64,000 bases of DNA from contig CBEVQO010000005.1 in NCBI GenBank assembly GCA_965552055.1, positions 1-64,000 of the forward strand, given 5' to 3'. This document shows, in pieces, positions 1-9,927 of the stretch. The stretch is from an uncultured bacterium. Lineage in GTDB: Bacteria; Hydrothermota; UBA3073; NMUJ01; CBEVQO01. The notes under the pieces were generated by a model. The model was not told the origin of the DNA. It saw only the letters and a list, made by a program, of their open reading frames with translations, and did not search any database. The translations under genes and the position numbers were made by a program. How positions within the stretch are numbered: position 1 is the first letter of the stretch; each line of letters starts with the position of its first letter.

Positions 1-1655
1 CTTGCAGGTGATTTGAAATGTAGTTTTGTGATTTCTTTTCTCGTTTCATAAATTGCCGATACTTTTATTGAGAATGATAATTCCTTTCTTGTTGTGTTGT
101 AGAACCAGTCTGTTGCTTTGATTATCAAATTGTAGTTGCCCGTATCTTTTGGTGCGGTTAGACCGAGTGGTAGTGAATCTTTAGCAAAGTTCGATGGCTC
201 ACTTATTGTGGTGTCAATCAATGTATCTGCTTCTTTCTTTATCAATTTTATTTCGAGTTTTCTGGGTTTTCCCTGCCAGCCCTGATTTTCATATCCAGTA
301 GAATCGCTTATCCAGTAAACCAAGTAGCTAAGCGTATCGTAGCTTTGATTGGGTTGAGGCTTAAAGATGGTTAGGTTTGGTGGTAAAGTGTCTGAAGGGT
401 TGTTTATGCAGACTACGTATCTTACATCAGGTCCTGTAGTTTGCTCTATGAAGCCGGCAGCAACTATTCTTTTTTGATCAGGAGAAATGTTGAAGGTATA
501 AAAGTAAACATAAGCTAGGTTACTTATCCAGTCAGGATAGATAAAGCATTCCCAGATTAGATTGCCGAGAGTGTCTGTTTTTGCTATGTAACCTGAATCA
601 CCGCAGACACCGCATACATAGAGAAAGTTGGATGACCTGCTTTGAGGCGAGCCTACTCTGCGTATTGCTTGAAGTCCAGGCCACTTGCCGCTTGCTGTCT
701 GAACAAATAATCCTTTAACTTCTCCTGTCTGGAGATTTACTTCGAAGAAGCTCGGAAGTGGTGGTGCTCTTCCTATATAACCCTTTCCATTCCATATATT
801 GAGATTACCATCAGCTGTTCCAATATATGACCAGACCCAATACCATTCTACTTGGCCTTCAGGATTCCACTTAATTATTCTTGGATAAGGATTCCCTTCA
901 AAGTCATCAACAGTTCCTGTAACGTAGATGTTATTACTCTTATCACATGCTACACTCCAGACAAAATCATTAGGCCATAGGGAATCTGTACCACATTCTC
1001 CATAAGTTACTGTGTCACCCCAAATGATGTTACCATCTTCATCTAAACAATAAACTACCCACATTTTAAAGCCGTCTATTAGAGCATTGCCAGCAACAAT
1101 TATCCTGCCTAGATTATCAGCTGCTATAGCTTTACCCCTAGCTGAGTCAGCATAAGTTTTAGTCCATAGCGAGTCAAGATTGGGAGATAGCTTAGTTAAA
1201 ATTATAGGGGTATCATAGAAGGTGTCTCCAAGCAGGAAGTGATTTTTGCTTGGAGTTCTACAGAAGCCATAAGAACTGCCCCAATTAGACCCCCAGTAAA
1301 TCACTTTTCTTGAACATACCTTGCCGTCAAGTAAATAAATTTTAGTAGCAAGAATACCTTCTCGACCATCACCACCGCCAGTAAAAACGGTGTCATTTTC
1401 TATGTAGAGTTTAGGATCTAGAGTTCCATAGGTTGTTCCTGGAATTAGGGTATCTTCCCAGAGGATTTGAGGTTTATATGGATTTGGTGTGGTGTGTTTT
1501 CTTCTCTTTGTGCATATAATTTTGTATCTTCTGTATATCGTTGGTCTGTAATAAATCAATTTTCTTATTTTGAGTTTATCCTGGATTGTGGGGATGGATA
1601 AAGGTTTTATTTCCATCTCATAAGCAAGTGCAGTTATAAAGAAGAGCATACCCAT
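1..1655 (-). CDS. Secreted beta-propeller (SBBP-like repeat) protein, 3' end outside the window
   Basis: Not in the ORF track because it runs off the edge. Manual translation from ATG 1655: MGMLFFITALAYEMEIKP...AIAADNLGRIIVAG...SVACDKSNNIYVTG. Signal-peptide-like N-terminus and SBBP-like blades; frame still open at position 3. Confidence 0.75.
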   Translation of the reverse strand, partial: MGMLFFITALAYEMEIKPLSIPTIQDKLKIRKLIYYRPTIYRRYKIICTKRRKHTTPNPYKPQILWEDTLIPGTTYGTLDPKLYIENDTVFTGGGDGREGILATKIYLLDGKVCSRKVIYWGSNWGSSYGFCRTPSKNHFLLGDTFYDTPIILTKLSPNLDSLWTKTYADSARGKAIAADNLGRIIVAGNALIDGFKMWVVYCLDEDGNIIWGDTVTYGECGTDSLWPNDFVWSVACDKSNNIYVTGTVDDFEGNPYPRIIKWNPEGQVEWYWVWSYIGTADGNLNIWNGKGYIGRAPPLPSFFEVNLQTGEVKGLFVQTASGKWPGLQAIRRVGSPQSRSSNFLYVCGVCGDSGYIAKTDTLGNLIWECFIYPDWISNLAYVYFYTFNISPDQKRIVAAGFIEQTTGPDVRYVVCINNPSDTLPPNLTIFKPQPNQSYDTLSYLVYWISDSTGYENQGWQGKPRKLEIKLIKKEADTLIDTTISEPSNFAKDSLPLGLTAPKDTGNYNLIIKATDWFYNTTRKELSFSIKVSAIYETRKEITKLHFKSPA

Positions 1656-1706
1656 TCTTTTTATTTTAAACACAATATGAGTTTGTCAAGAGAAATCGGC
1701 ATCCTA

Positions 1707-1898
1707 CTATAGAGTGTGTTTTCCTTTTATTTTGGATTTCTTTGCCTGCATTTTGATGAACTTCCAGAATTTTATTCCTTTTTCTTTTGCTTCTTCGGAG
1801 AGCAATTTTCGTGCTATATGTATTTGTTGCAGTGCGAAATCCCCTGGAAATTCCTTTTCAACATCTTTTTGTATTTTCTTTTTGATTTTTTCATCCAT
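1707..1898 (-). CDS. Small basic protein, probable antitoxin partner of the upstream PIN protein
   Basis: 63 aa, SD (AGGAGG) upstream, directly downstream of the PIN gene. Confidence 0.55.
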   Translation of the reverse strand: MDEKIKKKIQKDVEKEFPGDFALQQIHIARKLLSEEAKEKGIKFWKFIKMQAKKSKIKGKHTL

Positions 1899-1907
1899 AT
1901 TTTCCTC

Positions 1908-2354
1908 CTATAATAATTCTGCTGGTGCAATTATTTCAATTTGTTTTAAATTTTTCAAACTGTTTACCATTCGGACAATGTCTTTTGTTTTCCTTCTTAC
2001 AATGTGCCGGAAATTCCAGCTCAAAAGATAATCCATTTCATTGAGAACGGCTACAGCGATATGATAAGCATCTTCAAAATAGGCTTCGGGTATTGCACCA
2101 TACTTAATATATTCTTTAGCGAGTTCTTCTACTGATTCGTCAATCTCAAGAATTATGAAATTTTCGATTATTTCTTTCATTTTGCTCCTCAATACAGGTT
2201 CAGGTGTTTTTTCTATTTCAGCAATCGTAAGTTCAGAAATATATACGGTGTAAATTTCTATTTTAGAAAAAAACTCTTCTGTTAATGATTTTCTTTCGGG
2301 GTTTCTCTCGTCAAAAAGGGCAGATATTACGGATGTATCCAAGTATATTTTCAT
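1908..2354 (-). CDS. PIN-domain (VapC-like) ribonuclease toxin
   Basis: MKIYLDTSVIS...DAYHIAVA...LLSWNFRHIV PIN motifs. Start moved to ATG 2354, 5 nt after a TAAAAT -10 box. Confidence 0.85.
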   Translation of the reverse strand: MKIYLDTSVISALFDERNPERKSLTEEFFSKIEIYTVYISELTIAEIEKTPEPVLRSKMKEIIENFIILEIDESVEELAKEYIKYGAIPEAYFEDAYHIAVAVLNEMDYLLSWNFRHIVRRKTKDIVRMVNSLKNLKQIEIIAPAELL

Positions 2355-2432
2355 CTTAAATTTTATTTCAAAATTCGGAAAGTCAAGCGAAAATCTTTTA
2401 TTGACATTTTGGTTATGTGGATAAATTAAAAT

Positions 2433-2727
2433 GTGAGGGTTGTAAAGGAAATAGAGGTTGAAGGCAAAAAAGTGAATGCAATTTCGTGTTGCACTCGGTG
2501 GAAATGTATTTGAGGTTGATAAAGCATGCATTATTCGTGGCAAAATAGATGGCTTGCCTTTTGATACCTATGCTATTCCTGTAAAGGAGCCCGTAGTTGT
2601 TGATGGTAAAGAAATTCATGTAATTATCGGTGCGATGACCATGGAGAAATGGGAAATAAAGATTGATTTGAAGAAGGGAGAACTTGATTTATCTGGTCTT
2701 AGACGCCGGGAGTTTATTGAGTTTTAG
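2433..2727 (+). pseudogene. Retropepsin-like (clan AA) aspartyl protease with internal deletion and frameshift
   Basis: GTG 2433 encodes MRVVKEIEVEGKKVNAI; a different frame continues FRVALGG...IIGAMTMEKWEIKID. The expected FDTG catalytic segment is absent. Confidence 0.65.
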
Positions 2728-2743
2728 TTAGTTTAAAATTTTA

Positions 2744-2940
2744 ATGCGAGCGTAAGCGAGCACATTACATATGGGTTGTGAGCCAACACCCCGAGTAAGG
2801 CACTTTGTAGTTTTAAAGTGAATGGTCGGGTTATTTGGCTTAATACGGGAAGGGCGTTTATAGAGCTATGGCGTTGTCAAGGCTGTGCCTTGCGAGGGGT
2901 GTGCACGAGGGTGGTGGGGACAGGGAGGCGGGGCTAAAAA
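2744..2940 (+). repeat. Intergenic hairpin/G-rich element, copy 1 (long internal loop)
   Basis: GCGAGCGTAAGCGAGC..TTACATATGGGTT..ACACCCC[insert]GGGGTGTGCAC..GGGTGGTGGGGACAGGGAGGCGGGGCTAAAAA. Confidence 0.9.
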
Positions 2941-2943
2941 TTA

Positions 2944-2970
2944 TTGACATAAAAATAATTTAATTAAAAT
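2944..2970 (+). promoter_or_regulatory. Sigma70-like promoter TTGACA-N15-TAAAAT
   Basis: -35 at 2944-2949, -10 at 2965-2970, ATG at 2977. Confidence 0.65.
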
Positions 2971-2976
2971 AAATTG

Positions 2977-3066
2977 ATGGTTGGGATAGGCACCTGGCTA
3001 TGGGTTTTTGGTAGCTGGTTTATTTTGCTTTCTTTAACTCTGTTTCTTTATTTTAGAAGAAAATGA
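2977..3066 (+). CDS. 29-aa single-TM small protein coupled to the symporter
   Basis: MVGIGTWLWVFGSWFILLSLTLFLYFRRK*; TGA overlaps the symporter ATG (ATGA); starts right after the promoter. Confidence 0.65.
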   Translation: MVGIGTWLWVFGSWFILLSLTLFLYFRRK

Positions 3067-4463
3067 ATGCTGTTCTTATTGGTTTCATAGTATATTTAGT
3101 TTTACTTGTAATAATTGGTCTTCTTGCTTCTCGTTTTATGCGCACTCTCAATGACTTTTTGCTTGGTGGCTGGCGTGCTGGTGCTCTTGTTTGTGCAATA
3201 TCTGAAAGGGCTTCCGGTGAGAGTGCATGGTTTTTGCTTGGGCTTCCTGGTCTTGCTTATGCTTCGGGCTTTTCTGCTTTCTGGACAGTTATCGGCTGTG
3301 CTATCGGCATCTTTTTATCGTGGAATTTCATCGCACAGAAATTAAGGGAAAAGACAGGAGAATATAATGCGCTTACAATACCCGATTTTCTTGAATCTGC
3401 ATCCGGAGATAATACAGGATGGGTGAGAATTGTATCAACTGTGATAATCCTTTTCTTTTACACTTTATATGTTTCTGCACAATTCATAGGTGCTGGTAAA
3501 ATTTTGAATGTATCTTTTGGCATTCCCCATCTTTATGGTATGATAATCGGTGCTTTAATCGTCATCTTTTATACTTTGATGGGAGGCTTTCTTGCAGTTG
3601 CCTGGACGGATGTTTTGCAGGGTCTTCTTATGGCTTTTGTTTCTATTTTCCTTCCACTTATTGCGATTATAAAACTTGGTGGCTTTTCTGCTTTTATCTC
3701 AAAAATTTCTTATAAAGGTGCTGATTTTCTTACCATTACCGGTGGCAAAACTGGTAGTGCTTTGATTTTTGGTCTTGCTTTAAGTGGTCTTGGTGTTGGT
3801 CTTGGCTATCTCGGTCAGCCCCATCTTCTAACCCGTTACATGGCTTTGAGGAATTCACAACTTGCCCGTCATGGTATGCTTATCGCTATGTTGTGGGTGC
3901 TTACTGCTTACTGGGGTGCTGTATTTATCGGGCTTAGTGGTGCTGGCTTTTTCCCATCGATCCCAGACAGAGAAAAAATAATGCCTTTGCTTGCAGTAAA
4001 AGTTTTTCCTGCATGGTTTGCAGGGATACTAATCTCCGGTGCAATAGCTGCTATGATGTCAACTGCAGATACCCAGCTGCTTGTTGCTACTTCTGCAGTT
4101 TCCGAAGATATCTATCATAAATTGTTGAAGAAAGAAGTTTCTCAGGCGAAATTAGTTTTGATTTCCCGCATTGCGACCGTTATAATGGGAGCGATTGCTT
4201 TTATCCTTGCTCTTACAGTTAAGGAGAAGATTTTCTCATTTGTTCTTTATGCCTGGTCTGGTCTTGCTGCTTCTTTTGCTCCACCTATAATTTTGGGTCT
4301 TTATGGCAGGTTAAGCAAATGTGGTGCTGTGTGTGGTATGCTTACGGGAACAGCGGTTACAGTTGTGTGGCACAATGTACCTGTGCTTAAATCCGCAATT
4401 TACGAGCTTATTCCGGCGTTTATTTTGAGCTTTGTGGTTACTTATTTTTTGAGTAAGAGATAG
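3063..4463 (+). CDS. putP: Sodium/proline symporter (SSS family)
   Basis: SERASGESAW, GGFLAVAWTDVLQG, GLGYLGQPHLL, AAMMSTADTQLL motifs; highly hydrophobic. Confidence 0.85.
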   Translation: MNAVLIGFIVYLVLLVIIGLLASRFMRTLNDFLLGGWRAGALVCAISERASGESAWFLLGLPGLAYASGFSAFWTVIGCAIGIFLSWNFIAQKLREKTGEYNALTIPDFLESASGDNTGWVRIVSTVIILFFYTLYVSAQFIGAGKILNVSFGIPHLYGMIIGALIVIFYTLMGGFLAVAWTDVLQGLLMAFVSIFLPLIAIIKLGGFSAFISKISYKGADFLTITGGKTGSALIFGLALSGLGVGLGYLGQPHLLTRYMALRNSQLARHGMLIAMLWVLTAYWGAVFIGLSGAGFFPSIPDREKIMPLLAVKVFPAWFAGILISGAIAAMMSTADTQLLVATSAVSEDIYHKLLKKEVSQAKLVLISRIATVIMGAIAFILALTVKEKIFSFVLYAWSGLAASFAPPIILGLYGRLSKCGAVCGMLTGTAVTVVWHNVPVLKSAIYELIPAFILSFVVTYFLSKR

Positions 4464-4470
4464 ATCGAAA

Positions 4471-6594
4471 TTGTGTGCTGTATTTTTGATAATTGTTTTA
4501 AATTCGGCTTTCGGGATTAAAAAAGAGCCTTTACCTTATACAGTAGTTGTAAAGAAATTTGAAGTTATCGATAAATCATTTTTCAAGTTTTTTGGCTATA
4601 AGCATCTGGGAGAGAATTTTTCTCGTTATTTTGCGAATATGTTGTATTTGTCGGGCATTTTTAAAAGTGTAAAATATGGTGCGATGAAGGAGGGTGATTT
4701 TGTGATTGATGGTAAAGTTTTTATCAATTCAATTCCATTTTTGAAGGCGAATGCAAGACTTGAAATTTATTTGAAGAAAAATGATAAATGTATTGTGAGT
4801 TATAGTTCGGAAAGAATTTACTGGTTGAAGGATGGGGTTGCGCCAGTGAGATTAATTACAGATATTATTAGTGATATGTGGCTGGATTATGAATATTTAA
4901 AGGAGTTGAATCTTCCATCAAGAGTTAGATGTCGCAGTATAGAATTTTCTCCCTTTTTAAATAGGGAATGCATGAAATATCAAGCTGTGGAATTTGCCAG
5001 TTTGCTGGGAGCTGGTTTAAGTATGAAAGAGTATATAAAACATGACTCTCGTTCCAGTTTAGGGCTGGGCGATTATTTTGTGGGATTATTTTTTGTTTCT
5101 GCCTTTTTACATTATTTGAACTATTTAAACATTTGTAGGAGAGATTATCAAATTCCGCCTGTGAGTAGATATTCTCATTTTACTCCTAGTTTCGAATGCG
5201 TTGTGCGTCAATTAAATGTGTATTTTAACCCGGATGGACATATGGGTGAAGATATTGTTTTAAAATTTGTGAAATACTTTCATAACATTGGATTAGGTAT
5301 ATCTTTGCGTAATTTTTTTATTGAAGATCCCGCCGGTGAGGAATATCATTCATTTTTTCCTATAATTATTAAAAAGCCTATTTTTGCGTTAAATCTCGAT
5401 TATCACAGGTTGTTTTTATCTTCTGAAGTTAATTTACTGCCTCCTATCAGTAACACTCATAAAATTTATGCAAATGTGTTTATCGAAGGCTTATTGAACT
5501 TTTTATCATATTTCAATTTATGCTTAAGGACTGGTATTTTAGTTAAATATAATCACATTTCTCCTTATTTTGGTATAGGATTATCCATCGGTGGAATTGT
5601 TGATACTAAAAAGTATATTAAAATAATGCTGGGTGAGAGCGAGGTTTGTGGTGCTAAATTAAAAGTAAAGATAAAAAACCTATCTCATGAGAAAGTTGAA
5701 AGGATAGTTGTTTTTCCTTCGCATTTTGCAGATGGTGTGAAATTTTCGCCAAGTTACAGGATAATAGAGAAAATGAACCCAGGTGAAGAAAAAGCAGCAG
5801 ATTTTATGTTTTTGAAAAAGAAATATGAAATTTCGAGGGTCAGGTTCTATGTGCTTAACAGTAATTTAAATACAATTGATGTTGCTGATTACTTATTGAA
5901 TTTGAAGAATGTTTCTAATAAGGGAGAAATTTATTTTCGTGATAGATTTTTGCCAAAATTAGTTTTGTTGCCAATTCACCGGAATCCGTCTTATTCTTCT
6001 TTAGTCAAAAAGATTATAATTTATAAAGATTTTAATGCTCGTTTTTTCAGTTGCGTGGATGAAAAACCCTATAGAACTTTTATAGCAGGAAATACTCGTA
6101 ATAAATTTATAATTCCTTTTAGGCGTTTTTCATTTGGACTTGAGATTTCTGATTTTGACCTTTTTGAATTCAGGTTAAGTGCAATGGTATATAATGCTTC
6201 TTTAAATATTGGAAGGCTTTCTGTTGGTGCAGATTATAGAGGCAAATTAATGAGATATGGTTTTATTTTTGATGCTAACAGGTGGCTTTGTGGTGTTGTA
6301 TTTACGCAAAATAGTCCACACTTTCAATTCATTTTTCTCCCTTCTGAATGGTATAATTTGATTTTAAATTTCTCTCCAGAGCCTTCTTTTGATTTTTATC
6401 TTAATTTTCCGAAAGATTTAAGTAATTTTCTTGTTGGAGCCGAATTTCATAAAAATTACTGGCGGATTAAGATTAATATAATGAATCTTGCATCCTGGAT
6501 TACCTATCAGAATATACTGGGAGGTTTATATTTTGAGGGGGGTCGTATATACTTTAACATTGGATTGGGTATTGGATTGGGTTTTATGTTATAG
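4471..6594 (+). CDS. Hypothetical exported protein with beta-barrel-like segments
   Basis: 707-aa ORF, hydrophobic N-terminus, aromatic alternating beta-strand-like C-terminus; no family recognised. Confidence 0.55.
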   Translation: MCAVFLIIVLNSAFGIKKEPLPYTVVVKKFEVIDKSFFKFFGYKHLGENFSRYFANMLYLSGIFKSVKYGAMKEGDFVIDGKVFINSIPFLKANARLEIYLKKNDKCIVSYSSERIYWLKDGVAPVRLITDIISDMWLDYEYLKELNLPSRVRCRSIEFSPFLNRECMKYQAVEFASLLGAGLSMKEYIKHDSRSSLGLGDYFVGLFFVSAFLHYLNYLNICRRDYQIPPVSRYSHFTPSFECVVRQLNVYFNPDGHMGEDIVLKFVKYFHNIGLGISLRNFFIEDPAGEEYHSFFPIIIKKPIFALNLDYHRLFLSSEVNLLPPISNTHKIYANVFIEGLLNFLSYFNLCLRTGILVKYNHISPYFGIGLSIGGIVDTKKYIKIMLGESEVCGAKLKVKIKNLSHEKVERIVVFPSHFADGVKFSPSYRIIEKMNPGEEKAADFMFLKKKYEISRVRFYVLNSNLNTIDVADYLLNLKNVSNKGEIYFRDRFLPKLVLLPIHRNPSYSSLVKKIIIYKDFNARFFSCVDEKPYRTFIAGNTRNKFIIPFRRFSFGLEISDFDLFEFRLSAMVYNASLNIGRLSVGADYRGKLMRYGFIFDANRWLCGVVFTQNSPHFQFIFLPSEWYNLILNFSPEPSFDFYLNFPKDLSNFLVGAEFHKNYWRIKINIMNLASWITYQNILGGLYFEGGRIYFNIGLGIGLGFML

Positions 6595-6648
6595 ATAAAA
6601 TATCGGCCATGGGTGTTCCGGGTATGTTAATGACGGCTTCTATTTTTA

Positions 6649-6750
6649 TTACGAGCGGAGCGAGTGCTTTACATAAGGGTCTTTTGTCACACCCCGACTG
6701 AAAGGAGGGGGTGTGCACATGGGAAGGTGGGGACTGGGAGGCGGGGCTAA
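6649..6750 (+). repeat. Intergenic hairpin/G-rich element, copy 2
   Basis: ACGAGCGGAGCGAGT..TTACATAAGGGT..CACACCCCGACTGAAAGGAGGGGGTGTGCAC..GGGAAGGTGGGGACTGGGAGGCGGGGCTAA. Confidence 0.9.
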
Positions 6751-6799
6751 TAATTGTAAAAATAAGTTTGACATTGTAGATATTTCATTAAATTAATAG

Positions 6800-7894
6800 A
6801 TGATATTGATAATTATTTCTTTTCTGTTTTTTGGTAGAAAAGTGAAGTCAGAGCCTCCTCCTATTGAAACTCTTTATTTTTATGCAGTTGATACTTTGCA
6901 TTATCGTGAGAAGATAAAAAGAGAGCCTCCTCCTTTTCGCTTTCTGGGAATACACATTTATTCTGGATACATAAGAAGATTACAGAAATATCTTGCAAAA
7001 ATGGATAGCACGATACTTAACTGTGCTGTTATTGATTTGAAAGACGATTTTGGACACATAATTTATGATTCTGAAATTGAATTTGCACGAAAAATAGGAG
7101 CATTGCGTAAAAGGATAAAAATCGAAGATTTGATAAATCTTTGTGAAGAGCATCATATTCTGCCGATTGCGAGAGTTGTTTGTTTTGTTGATGAACCCCT
7201 TTCTTGCTATCAAAATGGCAAATTTGCTCTTAAAAAGTATAATGGCGAAATATGGCAGGATGCTGCTGGAAGATACTGGACCGACCCAACAGAAGATACA
7301 GTTGTATGGTATAATCTAAAAGTTATTGAAGAATTGTGTCAGAAAGGAATAAGATATATACATCTTGACTATGTGCGATTTCCTTCTTTTGAAGATACTC
7401 TTCCTTTTTATAAATATCGTGGCAAAGGCAAAATCTCTCGCAAAGAAGCGATTTCAAACTTCATATCAAAGGCAGATTCTATTTGTGAGATTTATGGTGC
7501 GAAACTGGGTGTTTGTATCTTTGGATATACCGTATGGTGGGGCGAATTGCAGGCTGAGGGTCAATCCCTTTCTCAGGTTGAAAATGTCGATTTTGTTTGT
7601 CCTATGCTTTATCCTTCGCATTTTGGTAAAAACTTTTTGAAAAAGAAATATCCATGGGAAAGAGATTATGAGATAGTTTATCAAAGCATTAAATTGTGCG
7701 ATTCTTTACTGAATAGTCCGGAGATAATAGCGTATATTCAGGGCTTTGATTATAAAGCGTATGATTTTTCACCCGAATATATTGAGAATCAAATTCAGGC
7801 GGTTTTTGATGCAGGTGCTTCTGGCTTTATAATTTGGCATGCGATAAGTAAGTATGATGCGGTATGGAAGATAAAGGAACTGAGAATAAAATAA
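6800..7894 (+). CDS. Putative glycoside hydrolase-like TIM-barrel protein (DUF4015-like)
   Basis: VIDLKDDFG, IARVVCFVD, LDYVRFP, CPMLYPSHF, YIQGF motifs. Confidence 0.75.
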   Translation: MILIIISFLFFGRKVKSEPPPIETLYFYAVDTLHYREKIKREPPPFRFLGIHIYSGYIRRLQKYLAKMDSTILNCAVIDLKDDFGHIIYDSEIEFARKIGALRKRIKIEDLINLCEEHHILPIARVVCFVDEPLSCYQNGKFALKKYNGEIWQDAAGRYWTDPTEDTVVWYNLKVIEELCQKGIRYIHLDYVRFPSFEDTLPFYKYRGKGKISRKEAISNFISKADSICEIYGAKLGVCIFGYTVWWGELQAEGQSLSQVENVDFVCPMLYPSHFGKNFLKKKYPWERDYEIVYQSIKLCDSLLNSPEIIAYIQGFDYKAYDFSPEYIENQIQAVFDAGASGFIIWHAISKYDAVWKIKELRIK

Positions 7895-7926
7895 GAGAAT
7901 ATTCAAAAATATCGGGTAGATAAAAA

Positions 7927-9927
7927 TTATTCATATCTTAAAGCTTCTACCGGGTCTCTTTTTGCTGCTTTCCACGCTGGATAAAGTCCAAAGAATATAC
8001 CCACAAATAACGCAAATAGAAAAGATAATAAGATTGAAGAAAAGGTTATAATTGATTGTCCGCCTGTGCCAAATAATCGCCTTGGTCCGAATGTCGTTGC
8101 CCCAACCATGATATTGCCAACAGTATTTGCAAAAATTATACCAAGTAAAATGCCAATGATACCACCTGTCAATGATAAAATCACAGATTCTATCAAAAAT
8201 TGAATTAAAATGTCTTTGCGACGGGCTCCTACTGCTTTTCTCAAACCTATTTCCCTTGTTCTCTCTGTAACAGCTACAAGCATTATGTTCATTATGCCGA
8301 TGCCACCCACGAGAAGAGATATAGCTGCTATACTTGCCAGCAGAATTTTAAATGTATTTAATGTTTGTTCCATTGTCTCCCGAAATTCCTCCTGACTGGC
8401 TATACCAAAATCTTCAACATTGTTATGTAATTTCAGAAGCAAATCATATAGACCATCTCTTACACTATCCGTTTTGCCTGCTTCTGTTTTCACAAGTATT
8501 AAGTCAACATTGTCGCTTCCTGTAAAACGCTTTTGAATGGTTATAAGAGGAACAAATACCCTGTCATCAAACTTTAAGGGTCCAAATGCCCCTTTTTCTT
8601 CCATAACACCAACTATCACAAATCTTTTTCCATCTATTTTTATTTCTTTTAAGAGGGGATTTTCATTTTTAAATAATTCATCCTTTATATTTTTACCTAT
8701 CACACAAATTTTTCTCCAGTATTTTAAATCTTCATCTGTTATAAATCTTCCAAATTCTGGCTTGTGATTTCTTATCTTCTGATATTCAGGTGTTGTTCCT
8801 ATTAATTGTGCTTCGTATTCCCTATCTCTGTATCTTACAATTACTCCTTTTCTTATTTCAGGAGCCACTGCTTCTACATATTTATATTTTGAGATTTTAA
8901 TCGCATCTTCATAGGTTAGACCTTCTGACCTTCCTCTCCATTCTTCTGCTTTTTCTTTGCTTGGTGCTCTTCTTCTGTAAACTACAAGTACATTTGCACC
9001 GAGTTTTTCTATTTCACCTGTTATTTTGCGACGAGCACCTTCACCAACACTGAGCATACCGATGACAGCAGATACTCCAATAACAATGCCAAGGACAGTA
9101 AGTAAAGACCTCAATCTATTATGCAAAATAGCCCTTATCCCAGATAAAAATCCTGTTAAAAAACTTGCGATAAAACTTCTTTTCTTTTTCAGCTCAAATT
9201 TTCTATCGGATACATAAATTTTTGGCGATTTCTTTTTATCGCTTACTATTTTTCCGTCTTTAATTTCTATCAATCTTTTACCGAATTCCGCAACTTCTTT
9301 ATCGTGCGTTACAAGTATTATTGTTTTACCCTGTTCGTTTAGATTTTTAAACATTTGCATTATTTCTTTTCCTGTTTTTGAGTCGAGATTTCCTGTAGGT
9401 TCATCTGCGAGTACGATGACAGGGTCGTTTGCGAGTGCTCTTGCAATTGCTACTCTTTGTTGTTCCCCTCCTGATAATTCATTTGGATAGTGTTTTATTC
9501 TTTCTTTTAGACCTACCTGTGATAAGAGCTCGATTGCCCTTTTTCTGCGTTGTTCTCTACTTATGCCTGCGTAGAGCATCGGTAATTCTACATTATGCTC
9601 CACATTCATTATGGGTAGCAGGTTAAAGAGCTGGAATACGAATCCGAGCCACTGATTGCGTATGAGAGCGAGTTCATCATCCTGTAAATCATTTATTCTT
9701 TTTCCAAGCAAATAATATTCTCCATAAGTGGGTCTCATAAGGCAACCAAGGATATGCATTAATGTTGATTTGCCAGAACCAGAAGGTCCCATAATCGTAA
9801 CAAATTCACAGGGTTCTATCTCAAAAGATACATCTTTTAATGCAACAACTTCAATCTTACCGACCTTATAAATTTTTGTTATCTTTTCAAGTTTTATCAA
9901 ATAATCTAAAGTCAAATCTATCGCCAT
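7927..9927 (-). CDS. macB: MacB-family ABC transporter, ATPase-permease fusion
   Basis: GPSGSGKST, LSGGEQQRV, ADEPTGNLD, GGIGIMNIMLVAVTERTREIGLRKAVGA, DPVEALRYE. Confidence 0.92.
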   Translation of the reverse strand: MAIDLTLDYLIKLEKITKIYKVGKIEVVALKDVSFEIEPCEFVTIMGPSGSGKSTLMHILGCLMRPTYGEYYLLGKRINDLQDDELALIRNQWLGFVFQLFNLLPIMNVEHNVELPMLYAGISREQRRKRAIELLSQVGLKERIKHYPNELSGGEQQRVAIARALANDPVIVLADEPTGNLDSKTGKEIMQMFKNLNEQGKTIILVTHDKEVAEFGKRLIEIKDGKIVSDKKKSPKIYVSDRKFELKKKRSFIASFLTGFLSGIRAILHNRLRSLLTVLGIVIGVSAVIGMLSVGEGARRKITGEIEKLGANVLVVYRRRAPSKEKAEEWRGRSEGLTYEDAIKISKYKYVEAVAPEIRKGVIVRYRDREYEAQLIGTTPEYQKIRNHKPEFGRFITDEDLKYWRKICVIGKNIKDELFKNENPLLKEIKIDGKRFVIVGVMEEKGAFGPLKFDDRVFVPLITIQKRFTGSDNVDLILVKTEAGKTDSVRDGLYDLLLKLHNNVEDFGIASQEEFRETMEQTLNTFKILLASIAAISLLVGGIGIMNIMLVAVTERTREIGLRKAVGARRKDILIQFLIESVILSLTGGIIGILLGIIFANTVGNIMVGATTFGPRRLFGTGGQSIITFSSILLSFLFALFVGIFFGLYPAWKAAKRDPVEALRYE

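Noticed and set aside
2355..2543. N-terminal extension of the PIN ORF
   Set aside because: It spans divergent promoters and the opposite-strand pseudogene; the PIN motif starts at 2354.
6580..6650. Short coding-like stretch between the orphan gene and element copy 2 (possible gene remnant)
   Set aside because: Too short to assign without a search.
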